Shown here: positions 33,882 through 42,631 of the stretch, piece by piece | Numbering within the stretch: the stretch's first letter is position 1 | How the letters are laid out: every line of letters starts with the position of its first letter | NCBI GenBank assembly: GCA_007376145.1 | Contig: VMFP01000001.1 | Location: forward strand, 122,835-186,834 | Length of the DNA stretch: 64,000 nt | Source of the DNA: Parcubacteria group bacterium Gr01-1014_38 | GTDB lineage: Bacteria; Patescibacteriota; Andersenbacteria; UBA10190; CAIZMI01 | Direction of reading: 5' to 3' | Made by a program: the position numbers and the translations under genes | The notes under the pieces: model-generated | What the model saw: the letters and a program-made list of their open reading frames with translations, nothing else | What the model was told of the DNA's origin: nothing | Databases searched by the model: none

Positions 33882-34262
33882 TTACGGCGTGAGTCGGAAA
33901 TTCAGTCTCGCGATGAAGAGCAGGACGCCGAGGAACCCGATGAGAATGGGGATGGTTGCCGCCAGGAACATAACCGCAGCCGCCGGCTGCGAGGAGCGGA
34001 GTCTGACAGCCAGAAGGGTGTTGCCGGTGACCATCGTCGCCGCAATGCCGGCCAGCCACTGAAATTCGGCACGGGTTCCGAGAAGATCCACGCCCGTGTC
34101 GATGTTGGCGTGAAGCTTCACTCCCTCTAGGGGGAGAGTACGCCAGAGTGCGAAAAACCCTGCGCCGAACAGCACGAAGAGGAGCACGTCGCAGAGCGCG
34201 AGGAGCCGAATGGGTTTCGGGACACTCTGCAGCGTGAGGAGACGCATGAAGGGAGAGAGCAT
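33882..34262 (-). CDS. small polytopic membrane protein (126 aa), function unknown
   Basis: ATG 34262 gives MLSPFMRLLTLQSVPKPIRLLALCDVLLFVLFGAGFFALW... with 3-4 hydrophobic helices. The alternative start at 34319 overlaps the helicase stop. Confidence 0.55.
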   Translation of the reverse strand: MLSPFMRLLTLQSVPKPIRLLALCDVLLFVLFGAGFFALWRTLPLEGVKLHANIDTGVDLLGTRAEFQWLAGIAATMVTGNTLLAVRLRSSQPAAAVMFLAATIPILIGFLGVLLFIARLNFRLTP

Positions 34263-34302
34263 AGGCCATTCCGGCGCCTGCGGCAAGCGGAGTCGAAAGA
34301 CG

Positions 34303-37212
34303 TTAGGGAAGCTCGGCATAGTCGCAAATCTTCCGGAAATCGCAAAAACGGCAGTGGTGTCCTGGCGTGGGACGGAAATCTCCACTCCGAATCCGCGCCG
34401 CGATGTCCTCAACCCGCTTCACCGTTTCCGCATCCTGTTCCGGCGTGCGGGTGGTTTCCTTCTCTTCCCCCGTTTCCACATACGCGAAGCGTAACCGCGC
34501 TGGTTCGAGCCCGAGCGCTTTCCGTGCCGCGAGGGCATAGATGGAGAGCTGCGTATCGCTCCTCGCGTCTTTTCCCTTCCCCTCCCCGGTTTTGAAATCG
34601 GTAATCAGGACTTTGCCGTGGTCTTTGGTCCGGTCAATCCGGTCAATGCGGCCGGTGACCCGCGTCGTTTCGAGGAGAAACGAAAACGGAATTTCCGCTG
34701 CCAGCGGCGGAACCATCAGGAGTTCCGGGTGTGCAGAGAGGTATGTCTGGAGTGCCGCGCGCCCTGCCTCTTTCCGCGCCGCTTCGTGCTCCGGACTTTC
34801 ATAGCCCTCGGAGATCCAGTGTTGTTCGAACCACGTGAGCACCTCGAGGAGAGAAGGCTTGTGCCCTGAAGCAATCGCCGTTCCGACGCGGTGCAACACC
34901 GCGTGGATCGTGTTGCCAAACGCAAGCGTGTGTTGCGGCCTGGTTGGGACGCGGAGCACGTAATGGAACTCGTACTTTAAGGGACAGGTTTCGTACTCGG
35001 CAATTTTTGAGGCGCTCAAACTGAGCGCACCATCCACGATCCGCTCCGGCGGGGTTGCCACGCGCAGCGGAAGGGAGAGCTGTTCGCTCGGCGACTTTGG
35101 TTCGCCGGTCACGGTGACAGAGGGAATCTGCGCTTCCGCGATGAAGGGCGAGGGTTTCCGGTGCGTCTTGGATCCCGCTGCCATCGTCGACGACGTGACG
35201 ATGAAGCGCTCTTGCGCGCGCGTCATCGCGACGTAGAAAAGGCGGCGCTCTTCGAGGACGTGCATGGTCCGTTCATCCAGGGTCCCCTGGAGCGCGCTGG
35301 CCGGGACAAGCTCCGACGGAAGCTCGAGCAGCCGCCGCCTCCCGCGCGCCGGGTAGCGATCGGCGGTCGCACCAATGACGAAGACAATCGGAAATTCCAA
35401 TCCTTTCGCCGCGTGGACGGTCAGGAGATGCACGGCGTCGGCCTCTGGCGGGAGGTCGGCGGCCGGCGGGCCCTGACCGCTGTCGGAAGCCGCGTCGAGG
35501 AGTTCAAGGAACTCGAGAAAATTCCCGTCAGGCATACCTTGTTCCAGCGCTCGGATGTAGGCGAGAAACGCCTGGAGGTTCGGCAGCACTTCTGGGTGTC
35601 CTTCGCTCTCCTGAATCGCGTGCTTCAAGATGCCGCTGTGTTCGAGAAATTCCAGGTAAACGGTGGACGGGCGGAGCGTCCGGAACGCCGTGAGGTGCCG
35701 CTCGAGGAGTGCGACGAGGCGCGCGAGTCCGTCCCTGCTTGACGTCGCCAGGGTTGCCGACGTCGTCGGCCGCTTCAAGAACGGAAGGACGGCGTCGGGG
35801 TTCTGCCGGAGCTCGCTCAAGAGGCGTGCCCGGTCGGAAGTGCTCACTCCGAGCGCTGGATGCGTGATGAGACGAAACAGCGCGCTGGCGTCGCGCGGAT
35901 CCCCGAGGAGGCGCAGGTATGCCAGAGCATCCTTAACTTCCGGTCGGGCGAGGAGACCGCGCGCTTCGGACACCGTGTGGGGGATGTCACGTCGGAGAAG
36001 CGAGGAAGCGAGATCGCCCGCTTGCGCATTCGTGCGGGCGAGCACCGCCATCTCGCGGTAGGCTTTCCCCTCGTCCACGAGGCGGAGAATCTCCTCCGCC
36101 ACCCACGCGAACTCTTCCTCTTCGGTGGCGAAGTGCCGGTGCTCCACGAGCACTCCCGGCGGTGCAGAGCCTTGACGAACCAAGCGCTTGCTGATGTCTG
36201 CGGTCGCCTCCAGACGGTACGGGTTATTCTGCTGGATGAGTCGGTAGGCGGCGTCTAAGAGTACTTGCGGCGAACGGAAGTTGTCCGTGAGGACCATGAG
36301 TGATGTCTTGGGAAACCGCTCGCGGAACTGGAGGACATTCCCGACGTTAGAGCCGCGGAAGGCAAAGATCGCCTGGTCGTCGTCCGAAGCGACGAAGAGG
36401 TTTCCGGCGGGCCCGGCCAGCAATTCCAGAAGGTGCAACTGCGTCGCATTCGTGTCTTGGAATTCGTCGACGAGGATCTCCGTGAATCGTCCGCGGTACT
36501 TCTGCGCAATCGCCGGGCGCTCCTGGAAGACGCGGATGGTTTCGAGGAGGAGATCGCCGAAGTCGAAGACGCCCTTCTCGCGCTGCAGGGCGACATACGC
36601 GTGGTACACGGCGGCGAGTTCCCGCCAGTGCGCGGAATCTTCCGCGTCCACGCTCGCAACGGTTTCCGCGTGGCGTTCCAGCATCTCGGGCGTGGTCCCC
36701 TGGTCTTTGGCTTGGTTGAAGAATTCGACGAGCGCTTGGACGAATTTGGTCGGGTTGCCTAAGGGGCGGTACCGCGACAGCGGCAAGGAGAAGAGGTTTC
36801 GCTTGAGGAGAAGCCAGGCCTCGGGGGAAGAGAGGATGCGGAATCGAGGGTCGAGACCGATCGCGAATGCTTCTTCGCGCAGGACATATTCCCCGAACCC
36901 GTGGAAGGTTCCGACCCACGGGCGGAAGGCGCTGATGGGGAGCGCGAGGTCGGTTCTCGCCTCGAGTTCGGCAGAGGCCTTTTCGGTGAACGTGAGCGCG
37001 AGGATATTCTGCGGGGGGACGCTTTGGTGGTTCGTGAGCCAGGCGATCCGCTCCACGAGGACCCGTGTTTTGCCGGTTCCCGCTCCGGCGAGCACGAGCG
37101 CTGGTCCCTCGCCGTGCGTGACTGCCGCGCGCTGGGCATCCGTGAGATGCGAGAATTCGCTTGCCTCGGTGCGTTCCTGCGTCCGTGTTCGTGCACGTTG
37201 CTTCCTCGCCAT
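34303..37212 (-). CDS. UvrD/PcrA-type SF1 helicase fused to a C-terminal PD-(D/E)XK, Cas4/AddB-like Fe-S nuclease domain
   Basis: Walker A AGAGTGKT, ILVDEFQDTN, VHAAKGLEFP. C-terminus has CPLKYEF..., GRIDRID...VLITDFKTG (D..DxK), QLSIYALA (QxxxY) and HHCRFCDFRKIC. ATG 37212 (GTG 37218 is also possible). Confidence 0.92.
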   Translation of the reverse strand: MARKQRARTRTQERTEASEFSHLTDAQRAAVTHGEGPALVLAGAGTGKTRVLVERIAWLTNHQSVPPQNILALTFTEKASAELEARTDLALPISAFRPWVGTFHGFGEYVLREEAFAIGLDPRFRILSSPEAWLLLKRNLFSLPLSRYRPLGNPTKFVQALVEFFNQAKDQGTTPEMLERHAETVASVDAEDSAHWRELAAVYHAYVALQREKGVFDFGDLLLETIRVFQERPAIAQKYRGRFTEILVDEFQDTNATQLHLLELLAGPAGNLFVASDDDQAIFAFRGSNVGNVLQFRERFPKTSLMVLTDNFRSPQVLLDAAYRLIQQNNPYRLEATADISKRLVRQGSAPPGVLVEHRHFATEEEEFAWVAEEILRLVDEGKAYREMAVLARTNAQAGDLASSLLRRDIPHTVSEARGLLARPEVKDALAYLRLLGDPRDASALFRLITHPALGVSTSDRARLLSELRQNPDAVLPFLKRPTTSATLATSSRDGLARLVALLERHLTAFRTLRPSTVYLEFLEHSGILKHAIQESEGHPEVLPNLQAFLAYIRALEQGMPDGNFLEFLELLDAASDSGQGPPAADLPPEADAVHLLTVHAAKGLEFPIVFVIGATADRYPARGRRRLLELPSELVPASALQGTLDERTMHVLEERRLFYVAMTRAQERFIVTSSTMAAGSKTHRKPSPFIAEAQIPSVTVTGEPKSPSEQLSLPLRVATPPERIVDGALSLSASKIAEYETCPLKYEFHYVLRVPTRPQHTLAFGNTIHAVLHRVGTAIASGHKPSLLEVLTWFEQHWISEGYESPEHEAARKEAGRAALQTYLSAHPELLMVPPLAAEIPFSFLLETTRVTGRIDRIDRTKDHGKVLITDFKTGEGKGKDARSDTQLSIYALAARKALGLEPARLRFAYVETGEEKETTRTPEQDAETVKRVEDIAARIRSGDFRPTPGHHCRFCDFRKICDYAELP

Positions 37213-37412
37213 ATCCACTAGCCAGTATACGGCGTTTCCCTACCTTTCTTGACAAGGTGCCAGCGGCATGCGACACTCTCCCTTACGAGGGAAACGTTCC
37301 TCATCAGCAGACGTGCATAGACTATTCGCGTATACCAATCGTGAGGGGTCGAGCGTCAGCGAGAGCGAAAGCCAACCTCGGTCTCTTCACGAAAGGCGGT
37401 GACTACTTCTTT

Positions 37413-37706
37413 ATGAACCAGGATTCTGGTGAGCGTCAGATGTTTGACGCCACGTGTTCGAATTGCAACCAACCCACCCAGGTGCCGTTCCAGCCGACGG
37501 GTGAACGTCCGGTCTACTGCAGCAACTGTTTCCGGCAGGTCCGCGGCGAGCGTCGCGGGCCGGGAGGGGGTGGACAGGGTGGCGATCGGCCAATGTACGA
37601 CGCGACGTGCTCCACCTGCGGCAAGCCGACCCAAGTGCCCTTCCGTCCCACGGAAGGTCGCCCGGTCTACTGCCGCGAGCATTATCGAGGCCCAAGCCGC
37701 GCGTAA
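37413..37706 (+). CDS. small protein with two tandem CxxC-x17-CxxC zinc-ribbon repeats (97 aa)
   Basis: ATG 37413. MFDATCSNCNQPTQVPFQPTGERPVYCSNCF and MYDATCSTCGKPTQVPFRPTEGRPVYCREHY are separated by a Gly-rich linker. The ORF-track N-terminal extension (from 37161) overlaps the helicase start. Confidence 0.8.
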   Translation: MNQDSGERQMFDATCSNCNQPTQVPFQPTGERPVYCSNCFRQVRGERRGPGGGGQGGDRPMYDATCSTCGKPTQVPFRPTEGRPVYCREHYRGPSRA

Positions 37707-37728
37707 CAGACGCGGCTCAACCGAGTAC

Positions 37729-37764
37729 GAAGAGCGCGCCGCAAGGCGCGCTCTTCTTGTGTGT
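37729..37764 (+). terminator. intrinsic terminator after the CxxC gene
   Basis: GAAGAGCGCGCC-gcaa-GGCGCGCTCTTC (perfect 12-bp stem) followed by TTGTGTGT. Confidence 0.72.
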
Positions 37765-37777
37765 AGAACGGGAATGC

Positions 37778-39082
37778 TCACAGTCCGCGCGCTTCGTACT
37801 CTTTCGCGACGGCCAAGACGCGATCCCCGTACCACGTGAATCGCTGCCAGTTGGGCCCTGCGAAGTATCGGTTCACCGCTTCAAATTCGCTGCCGGACGC
37901 CGCACCGGCGTTTCGGAGAATCACCGCGGTGCCGACGAAGGCGTCAAGGAGTTCGAACGGACTCGGGATCTCCTTTCCGGTGATCCGCGCCACATCCGAC
38001 TCGATGCGCTCCCAGATGCCCGGGAGAATTTGGCCTGGCCCCATCGCGCCTCCCCAGCCTGCGTAGCTGGTCGGTTTTGCGGATACGGGTGTGGTCGCCG
38101 GATCGAGGTCCAGTCTCTTCGTGACGCGGAGGAACGCGTCTCGGTGGTCGGGGTGAATGTCATCCGGATACCGGCCGGACCCCACGTTCGTTCCGATGTT
38201 TGATTCGACCTTTAAGACGCCGAGGAGAAGCGCCGGCCGCACGCCCGCTGCGCTCCCGGCGAACCGCGCGAAATCCTCCGCTTGCTTGAGGGAAAGCCGG
38301 ATTCCGGCATTCCGCAACAGGAAGATTTCCTGCTGGATTTCTCGGCGCGCCTCTTCTGCCTCTGTGACGAGCGACGAGAGCCGAGCGGCTTCCGCCGCCG
38401 TGCGGGAGAGCGCCGTCCGCTTCCGGCTCTCATCCTCTTGCAGCGCTGCGCGCTGGGCCGCTTGAAGTTTGGCGAGTTGTTGCAGATCGTCACGGCGATT
38501 GCGCAGATCGGCTTCCCGCGCTTCGCGAGCCGTTTTCAGCTCCTGGGTCTGCACCAGGAGCGCGGTCGCGTGCGTCTGAATTCTCACCAGCGCTTGCTGG
38601 GTGCTGAAGAAATCGGCAAAGGTGTCACCGGTGAGAAATGTCTCCAGCGGTGAACGTTCGTCAACGGTGGCCAGAAGACGAAGGGTGAGTCGCATCTGCT
38701 CCCGCAGTCGCTCCTGCTTCTTGGAAAGGCCGCCCAGCTCTTCCGTGGTTTGACGGATCCGGATTCGAGCTTCTTCGATGGACACCCGCGTGTAATCCAG
38801 TTCGAGGCGCGCTTGTTTCACGCGGTCTTCCAGAATTTCAACGGCGTCCGTGAGTCGCGACTGCTCTCCCTCCTTTTTGGAGCGAGCGTCTTTGAGCACG
38901 CGAATTTTCTCTTGGAGTTCCTGGAGCTCCGCTTCCTTCGCCCCCAGTTCCGACGACAGCGGATCGTCTGCGGACGGCGTGCTTGCTGGTTGATCCTGTC
39001 CGTGAGTGTTGGAGACAGCCGCGATCACTCCGCCAAGGAGCACGATGCCGAGAACGAGGAACCGGCGCATCGTGCTGATCAT
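37778..39082 (-). CDS. coiled-coil protein with C-terminal lytic transglycosylase (MltB/SLT_2-like) domain
   Basis: N-terminal anchor MISTMRRFLVLGIVLLGGVIAAV, a long heptad-like region, and a C-terminal LLLGVLKVESNIGTNVG...YAGWGGAMGPGQILPGIW. Confidence 0.8.
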   Translation of the reverse strand: MISTMRRFLVLGIVLLGGVIAAVSNTHGQDQPASTPSADDPLSSELGAKEAELQELQEKIRVLKDARSKKEGEQSRLTDAVEILEDRVKQARLELDYTRVSIEEARIRIRQTTEELGGLSKKQERLREQMRLTLRLLATVDERSPLETFLTGDTFADFFSTQQALVRIQTHATALLVQTQELKTAREAREADLRNRRDDLQQLAKLQAAQRAALQEDESRKRTALSRTAAEAARLSSLVTEAEEARREIQQEIFLLRNAGIRLSLKQAEDFARFAGSAAGVRPALLLGVLKVESNIGTNVGSGRYPDDIHPDHRDAFLRVTKRLDLDPATTPVSAKPTSYAGWGGAMGPGQILPGIWERIESDVARITGKEIPSPFELLDAFVGTAVILRNAGAASGSEFEAVNRYFAGPNWQRFTWYGDRVLAVAKEYEARGL

Positions 39083-39149
39083 AGCACGTACGCTTCGTCC
39101 GGTTCTGCGTCGCGTGCGCGTAAACGAGGCGCGCGTGTGCGGCGGCGCG

Positions 39150-39617
39150 TTACCGAATGCCGATCAAGCGTGCAAGATCCTGCCAGCCGCTTCCCCGCTC
39201 TTCCGACCGGAGGTTCTCGAGCGTGAGCGGCCGTACGATACGGATCGGAGCGGAGCCGCCTTCGGGTCGGTACGGATCCAGGTTCAGGAGGTGGCGGTCG
39301 TTGGTAATCACCGCATCTGCTTTTCCCTCCACCGCAGCCGCGAGGACCTTGTCGTCCTCGGGGTCATCCTGAACGACGTGGGGCACCGTCGCCGGGTGAA
39401 CCGTTTCCGCCGCAGCGAGAAACGCGCGAATCTGTTCCTCGTGCCCACGGACGTTCACGGTCTTGGAAAGGATTTCCTCGTACTCACCCCGCAGCGCCGG
39501 GCTCACGATCGCGGTGAGCTCTTCCCGCATACAGGCCTCCACAATCTTCCACGAGGCGGAGAGTTCATCATACGCGCTGCTCACGAGCACGTTGGTGTCC
39601 AGGACAACCCGTTTCAT
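39150..39617 (-). CDS. PIN-domain toxin (155 aa)
   Basis: MKRVVLDTNVLVSS..., ...DDKVLAAAVEGKADAVITNDRHL carries the PIN acidic residues (D in VLDTN, E, D in ITND). Confidence 0.88.
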   Translation of the reverse strand: MKRVVLDTNVLVSSAYDELSASWKIVEACMREELTAIVSPALRGEYEEILSKTVNVRGHEEQIRAFLAAAETVHPATVPHVVQDDPEDDKVLAAAVEGKADAVITNDRHLLNLDPYRPEGGSAPIRIVRPLTLENLRSEERGSGWQDLARLIGIR

Positions 39618-39621
39618 GCCA
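39524..39621. repeat. 98-nt segment (PIN 5' end) duplicated at 42538..42635
   Basis: Manual alignment: 90 of 98 positions are identical to 42538..42635. 6 of the 8 differences are synonymous third positions. Confidence 0.9.
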
Positions 39622-39883
39622 TGGAAAATTTCCCTTCAACAACTTCCTTCGTCAGTGCTTCGATGACGCGCGGCATGTCGGTGTCGGGAATTGTACCATC
39701 CGTGGACAGCGCATCCGCTTCCGCGAATGCCAAAGTACCCGTGGGAGCGAATCTCCGTGTCGGGATGAGGAACGCGCGGTTCGGCATCGTGACGGGTCCG
39801 GCGGACGCCGATAGCCAGGACATGGCTGTATCTCCACGCAGTCTCGGGAAGAACAAAGCACCAACGCATTCCACGATTTCCAC
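39614..39883 (-). CDS. candidate antitoxin upstream of the PIN toxin (start uncertain)
   Basis: ATGA overlap with the PIN start. The C-terminus ..DMPRVIEALTKEVVEGKFSMA weakly resembles the small ORF upstream of the truncated PIN copy. No recognisable fold motif. Internal Met codons give 20-57 aa alternatives. Confidence 0.42.
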   Translation of the reverse strand: MEIVECVGALFFPRLRGDTAMSWLSASAGPVTMPNRAFLIPTRRFAPTGTLAFAEADALSTDGTIPDTDMPRVIEALTKEVVEGKFSMA

Positions 39884-39973
39884 CCATCCTAACCTCGCCG
39901 CCGGGCTGCTTCAAGGAAAAAGAGACGAGAAAAAAGGCGAGCATCCGTACGGTCGGTACACAGATCACAGTCA

Positions 39974-40010
39974 CAAAAAAGCCCCGCGACAGTATACGTG
40001 TCAACGGGGC
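39974..40010 (-). terminator. intrinsic terminator after the lipoprotein / exoprotein cassette
   Basis: Minus strand: GCCCCG-ttgacacgtatactgtcg-CGGGGC followed by TTTTTTG. Confidence 0.62.
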
Positions 40011-40087
40011 ACTAAAGTGCAGTTTTACCATAGAAACATCATGCTCGTGGAAGAAAGTTCGCCAACCCATGCAAGTGTCCTTCACCG

Positions 40088-40528
40088 CTAATCAAACTTC
40101 TCCTTCAGAATCTCCACGGGCCTGCCTTCGTGTTTCGAGACGACCTCGTTGATTTTCTGGTAGAAGGCATCCGATTCCAAGTACAGCATCCCCCACTCGG
40201 TGGCCAGGTTGGTTGGCTCCGGGGAGAACTTTGCTTTGAAGCGCTTTTCCTCGGCAGGGAAGAAGAACCATACCACGGCGACGTCAGGAAAGGCAGGATG
40301 CACATCCTTCCATGTCTCCCTCACCTTCACCGTCGAGATGATGTCTTTCACCTGCTTGGGATCGGAGATGACCAGGGATTTCGGTTGCTGGTTGATGTGA
40401 TAGTCGATCTTGAGCTTGTTCGCCTGTCGTAGATCGGGTAGTTCCGGCTTCTTAAGACAGCCGGGGACCAAGAACAGAGCGAACAATGAACCAATCGCCA
40501 GGGAACCTCGTGGTAAACTACATGCCAT
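40088..40528 (-). CDS. probable lipoprotein, 146 aa, unknown function
   Basis: ATG 40528 with a strong AAAGGAGG SD. The signal ends in FLVPGC (lipobox-like Cys). More AT-rich than the genome by eye. Confidence 0.7.
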   Translation of the reverse strand: MACSLPRGSLAIGSLFALFLVPGCLKKPELPDLRQANKLKIDYHINQQPKSLVISDPKQVKDIISTVKVRETWKDVHPAFPDVAVVWFFFPAEEKRFKAKFSPEPTNLATEWGMLYLESDAFYQKINEVVSKHEGRPVEILKEKFD

Positions 40529-40549
40529 AGAGACCTCCTTTTACTTGGT

Positions 40550-42427
40550 TTAGTCGGGTCTTCCGTTCGTGCTGACGCGCAGTCGGGCACCGCGAGGGAC
40601 TCCGACCCAGCCAGCGTGACCACGATCCGGCGCGATACTATAGACACACTCGGTATACCCTCGCACCTTCGCCGTGACCGTCGCGTTGCTCAGGAGCATG
40701 GACAGAAGATGCAAGTAATTGTCTGGACGATCGATGCCGGACGAAATATGACAACCCATCAGGCTGAGTGTATCAATCTTGCCGCGCAGGAGTTCGCCAA
40801 ACGCCGAAGCCTCATGGAGCGGGTTCTGCCGAAGACAACGATTTTCGCCTGCTCGGTTACACAGCCTGTTGCCAGCACCGACATGCTGCGCATCGGCACT
40901 GCCATGTCCATAGATCCACACATGTAACGGGCTGCCGCGGTAGTAGTCACGCACCGTCTGGATGGCAGCGGGGATGGAGGCAACAAGCATTGTATAACTA
41001 GCAAGCCGGCGGGATCTCATAATCGCAAGATCAGTGTCGTGAGTGGCGTCCCGATACTCTGGAGGTGGGTTTTCGATCAGGATCAGCGTGGTATTGGCCG
41101 CAGTTGGGTGTACAGCCGCAACGAATTTTTCCGTCTGGCCTTGGCCTTGTCCCGCATCAGCCGGCGGGCTGGCAACATTGATGAAGAAGGTGCGCGTTTC
41201 GCCTCCCCTAAACGCGACCTGCACCCCATACACGCCTGGCCGACGAGCCAGAAAGTATACTTCAGAACAGTTCTCTGCCTCGTAACAATCACCGTCGGGA
41301 TCGTCGGGATGACGGTTCAAGCGAAAGAAGCCATCGTAGTCCCAATCCGGGTCCGTGATGGACTGTTGAGCGCGGTATGGGTCGCTCTCCCCCCGAGGAT
41401 CAGGTGCCACGATCCGCAGCTCTTCCATCCTTTGGGGATACGATTCGTAGTACCATCCCCCCTCGCCCATGAAAGCCATCGGGTGCTCGGCCAGCTCTGG
41501 CCCTTCCCAGCTCGTGTCCGCGTCAGTGTCGTATAGCGTCACCGTTCGATCATAGACGAGCCCGTTGTACGCCGGATCCTCACTGACCGTTGTGTGTCGA
41601 AGGGTGCCGGTGTGTATGAACGGCTCATTACGGAAGTCTCTGCATCCCCTGACGACGATCTCCTCACTGCCCTGCCACCAAGAGGCGTCGAAGAACAACC
41701 AGCTCTCACTCGGACAGACCTGATTGTCTGGCGATGTAATGAAAACCTCGACATTGGCGCTGGGCTGGCTGGTCAGTCCGACGTCATACACATTCCGAGG
41801 CCACCAGCTGTCAGGATCTCCTTCCTCACTGAATGACTCCGGCGCCTGGACACCGGTCGGATGGCGAGGAGTGATAACGAGGCCAGCCTCGCTAGCTCCT
41901 GTGCTGCCACTGGATGCGCTGACTGCCCCAGTGAGAGCCGTCACCGTATTATTCCAGTGGATTGCCAAGAGGAGCACAGATGCATACGTGCCTCCGCTAG
42001 AAGCTTCCAGCGCCGGTGTCGCGGCACCCCAGTGGCTACCACCGTTATCCAGGGTAGAGGCAGCGGGTGCAATGGCACGGGAGGGAGTACGAGCGACAGA
42101 AAGCCATGCTTCGCCGAAATCTCCGAAATCGCTGTTGACCGAAGGAAGCGATGGCTCATCGTCTACACTTTGAGCTGCTGGCCGGTCCTGGCTTTGCCGT
42201 GGCGGTTCCTCCGGGAAAAGTGACCACCATTTCTCATCCCGAGCCTCATCCTGCTGGTCTGCACCAGCGATACTGATTTCCATCGGCTCCTCAGTCAGCA
42301 AGCGAATCTGATCGGCTGTATGTGCTGCCCCGAAATCAGGCAGTGCAAGTGCAAGCAGATCGCCAGGTGGCAGGCGATCTTCCAGGGCTTCAACCCGGAA
42401 TACGGTACGTCTTTTGCCTTTGAGCAT
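40550..42427 (-). CDS. large secreted-type protein (625 aa) with an LEDR-type N-terminus, an adhesin-like middle and a C-terminal His/Cys domain
   Basis: ATG 42427 with a GAAAGGAG SD. N-terminus MLKGKRRTVFRVEALEDRLPPGDLL. Middle segment SQPSANVEVFITSPDNQV...WWQGSEEIVVRG...HTGTLRHTTVSEDPAYNG...VTLYDTD. C-terminus LHVWIYGHGSADAQHVG...LSLMGCHISSG. Confidence 0.75.
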   Translation of the reverse strand: MLKGKRRTVFRVEALEDRLPPGDLLALALPDFGAAHTADQIRLLTEEPMEISIAGADQQDEARDEKWWSLFPEEPPRQSQDRPAAQSVDDEPSLPSVNSDFGDFGEAWLSVARTPSRAIAPAASTLDNGGSHWGAATPALEASSGGTYASVLLLAIHWNNTVTALTGAVSASSGSTGASEAGLVITPRHPTGVQAPESFSEEGDPDSWWPRNVYDVGLTSQPSANVEVFITSPDNQVCPSESWLFFDASWWQGSEEIVVRGCRDFRNEPFIHTGTLRHTTVSEDPAYNGLVYDRTVTLYDTDADTSWEGPELAEHPMAFMGEGGWYYESYPQRMEELRIVAPDPRGESDPYRAQQSITDPDWDYDGFFRLNRHPDDPDGDCYEAENCSEVYFLARRPGVYGVQVAFRGGETRTFFINVASPPADAGQGQGQTEKFVAAVHPTAANTTLILIENPPPEYRDATHDTDLAIMRSRRLASYTMLVASIPAAIQTVRDYYRGSPLHVWIYGHGSADAQHVGAGNRLCNRAGENRCLRQNPLHEASAFGELLRGKIDTLSLMGCHISSGIDRPDNYLHLLSMLLSNATVTAKVRGYTECVYSIAPDRGHAGWVGVPRGARLRVSTNGRPD

Positions 42428-42492
42428 GCGAGTGCTCCTTTCAAAAAGAAAGAAAATTGTCTAAAGAGCTGGAAAAATACTACACGAAGCGA

Positions 42493-42521
42493 AATATAGA
42501 GAAAAAGAGGGCAACTGTCAA
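42493..42521 (-). promoter_or_regulatory. sigma70-type promoter of the 625-aa gene
   Basis: Minus strand: TTGACA (42521..42516), a 17-nt spacer, then TATATT (42498..42493). The TGA that ends the truncated PIN copy lies inside this -35 hexamer. Confidence 0.6.
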
Positions 42522-42631
42522 GCCTCCGGTCTCTCTCCCCGCATGCAGGCCCCCACAATCTTCCACGAGGCGGAGAGTTCATCATACGCGCTGCTCACCA
42601 GCACGTTCGTGTCGAGTACCACCCGGTTCAT
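42518..42631 (-). pseudogene. truncated PIN toxin paralog (37 codons)
   Basis: MNRVVLDTNVLVSSAYDELSASWKIVGACMRGERPEA-stop. The first ~31 codons match the intact PIN gene at 39617, then homology ends abruptly at 42538. A 34-codon antitoxin-like ORF (42628..42732) overlaps its ATG by ATGA. Confidence 0.72.

Noticed and set aside
31311-37276. Long plus- and minus-strand alternative-frame ORFs over the WecA, GT2 and helicase genes (31311..32894, 33117..34130, 36281..37252, 36347..37276)
   Set aside because: They are shadow ORFs: Arg/Pro/Ser-rich, with no motifs, and each is fully nested in a gene that has strong family signatures.
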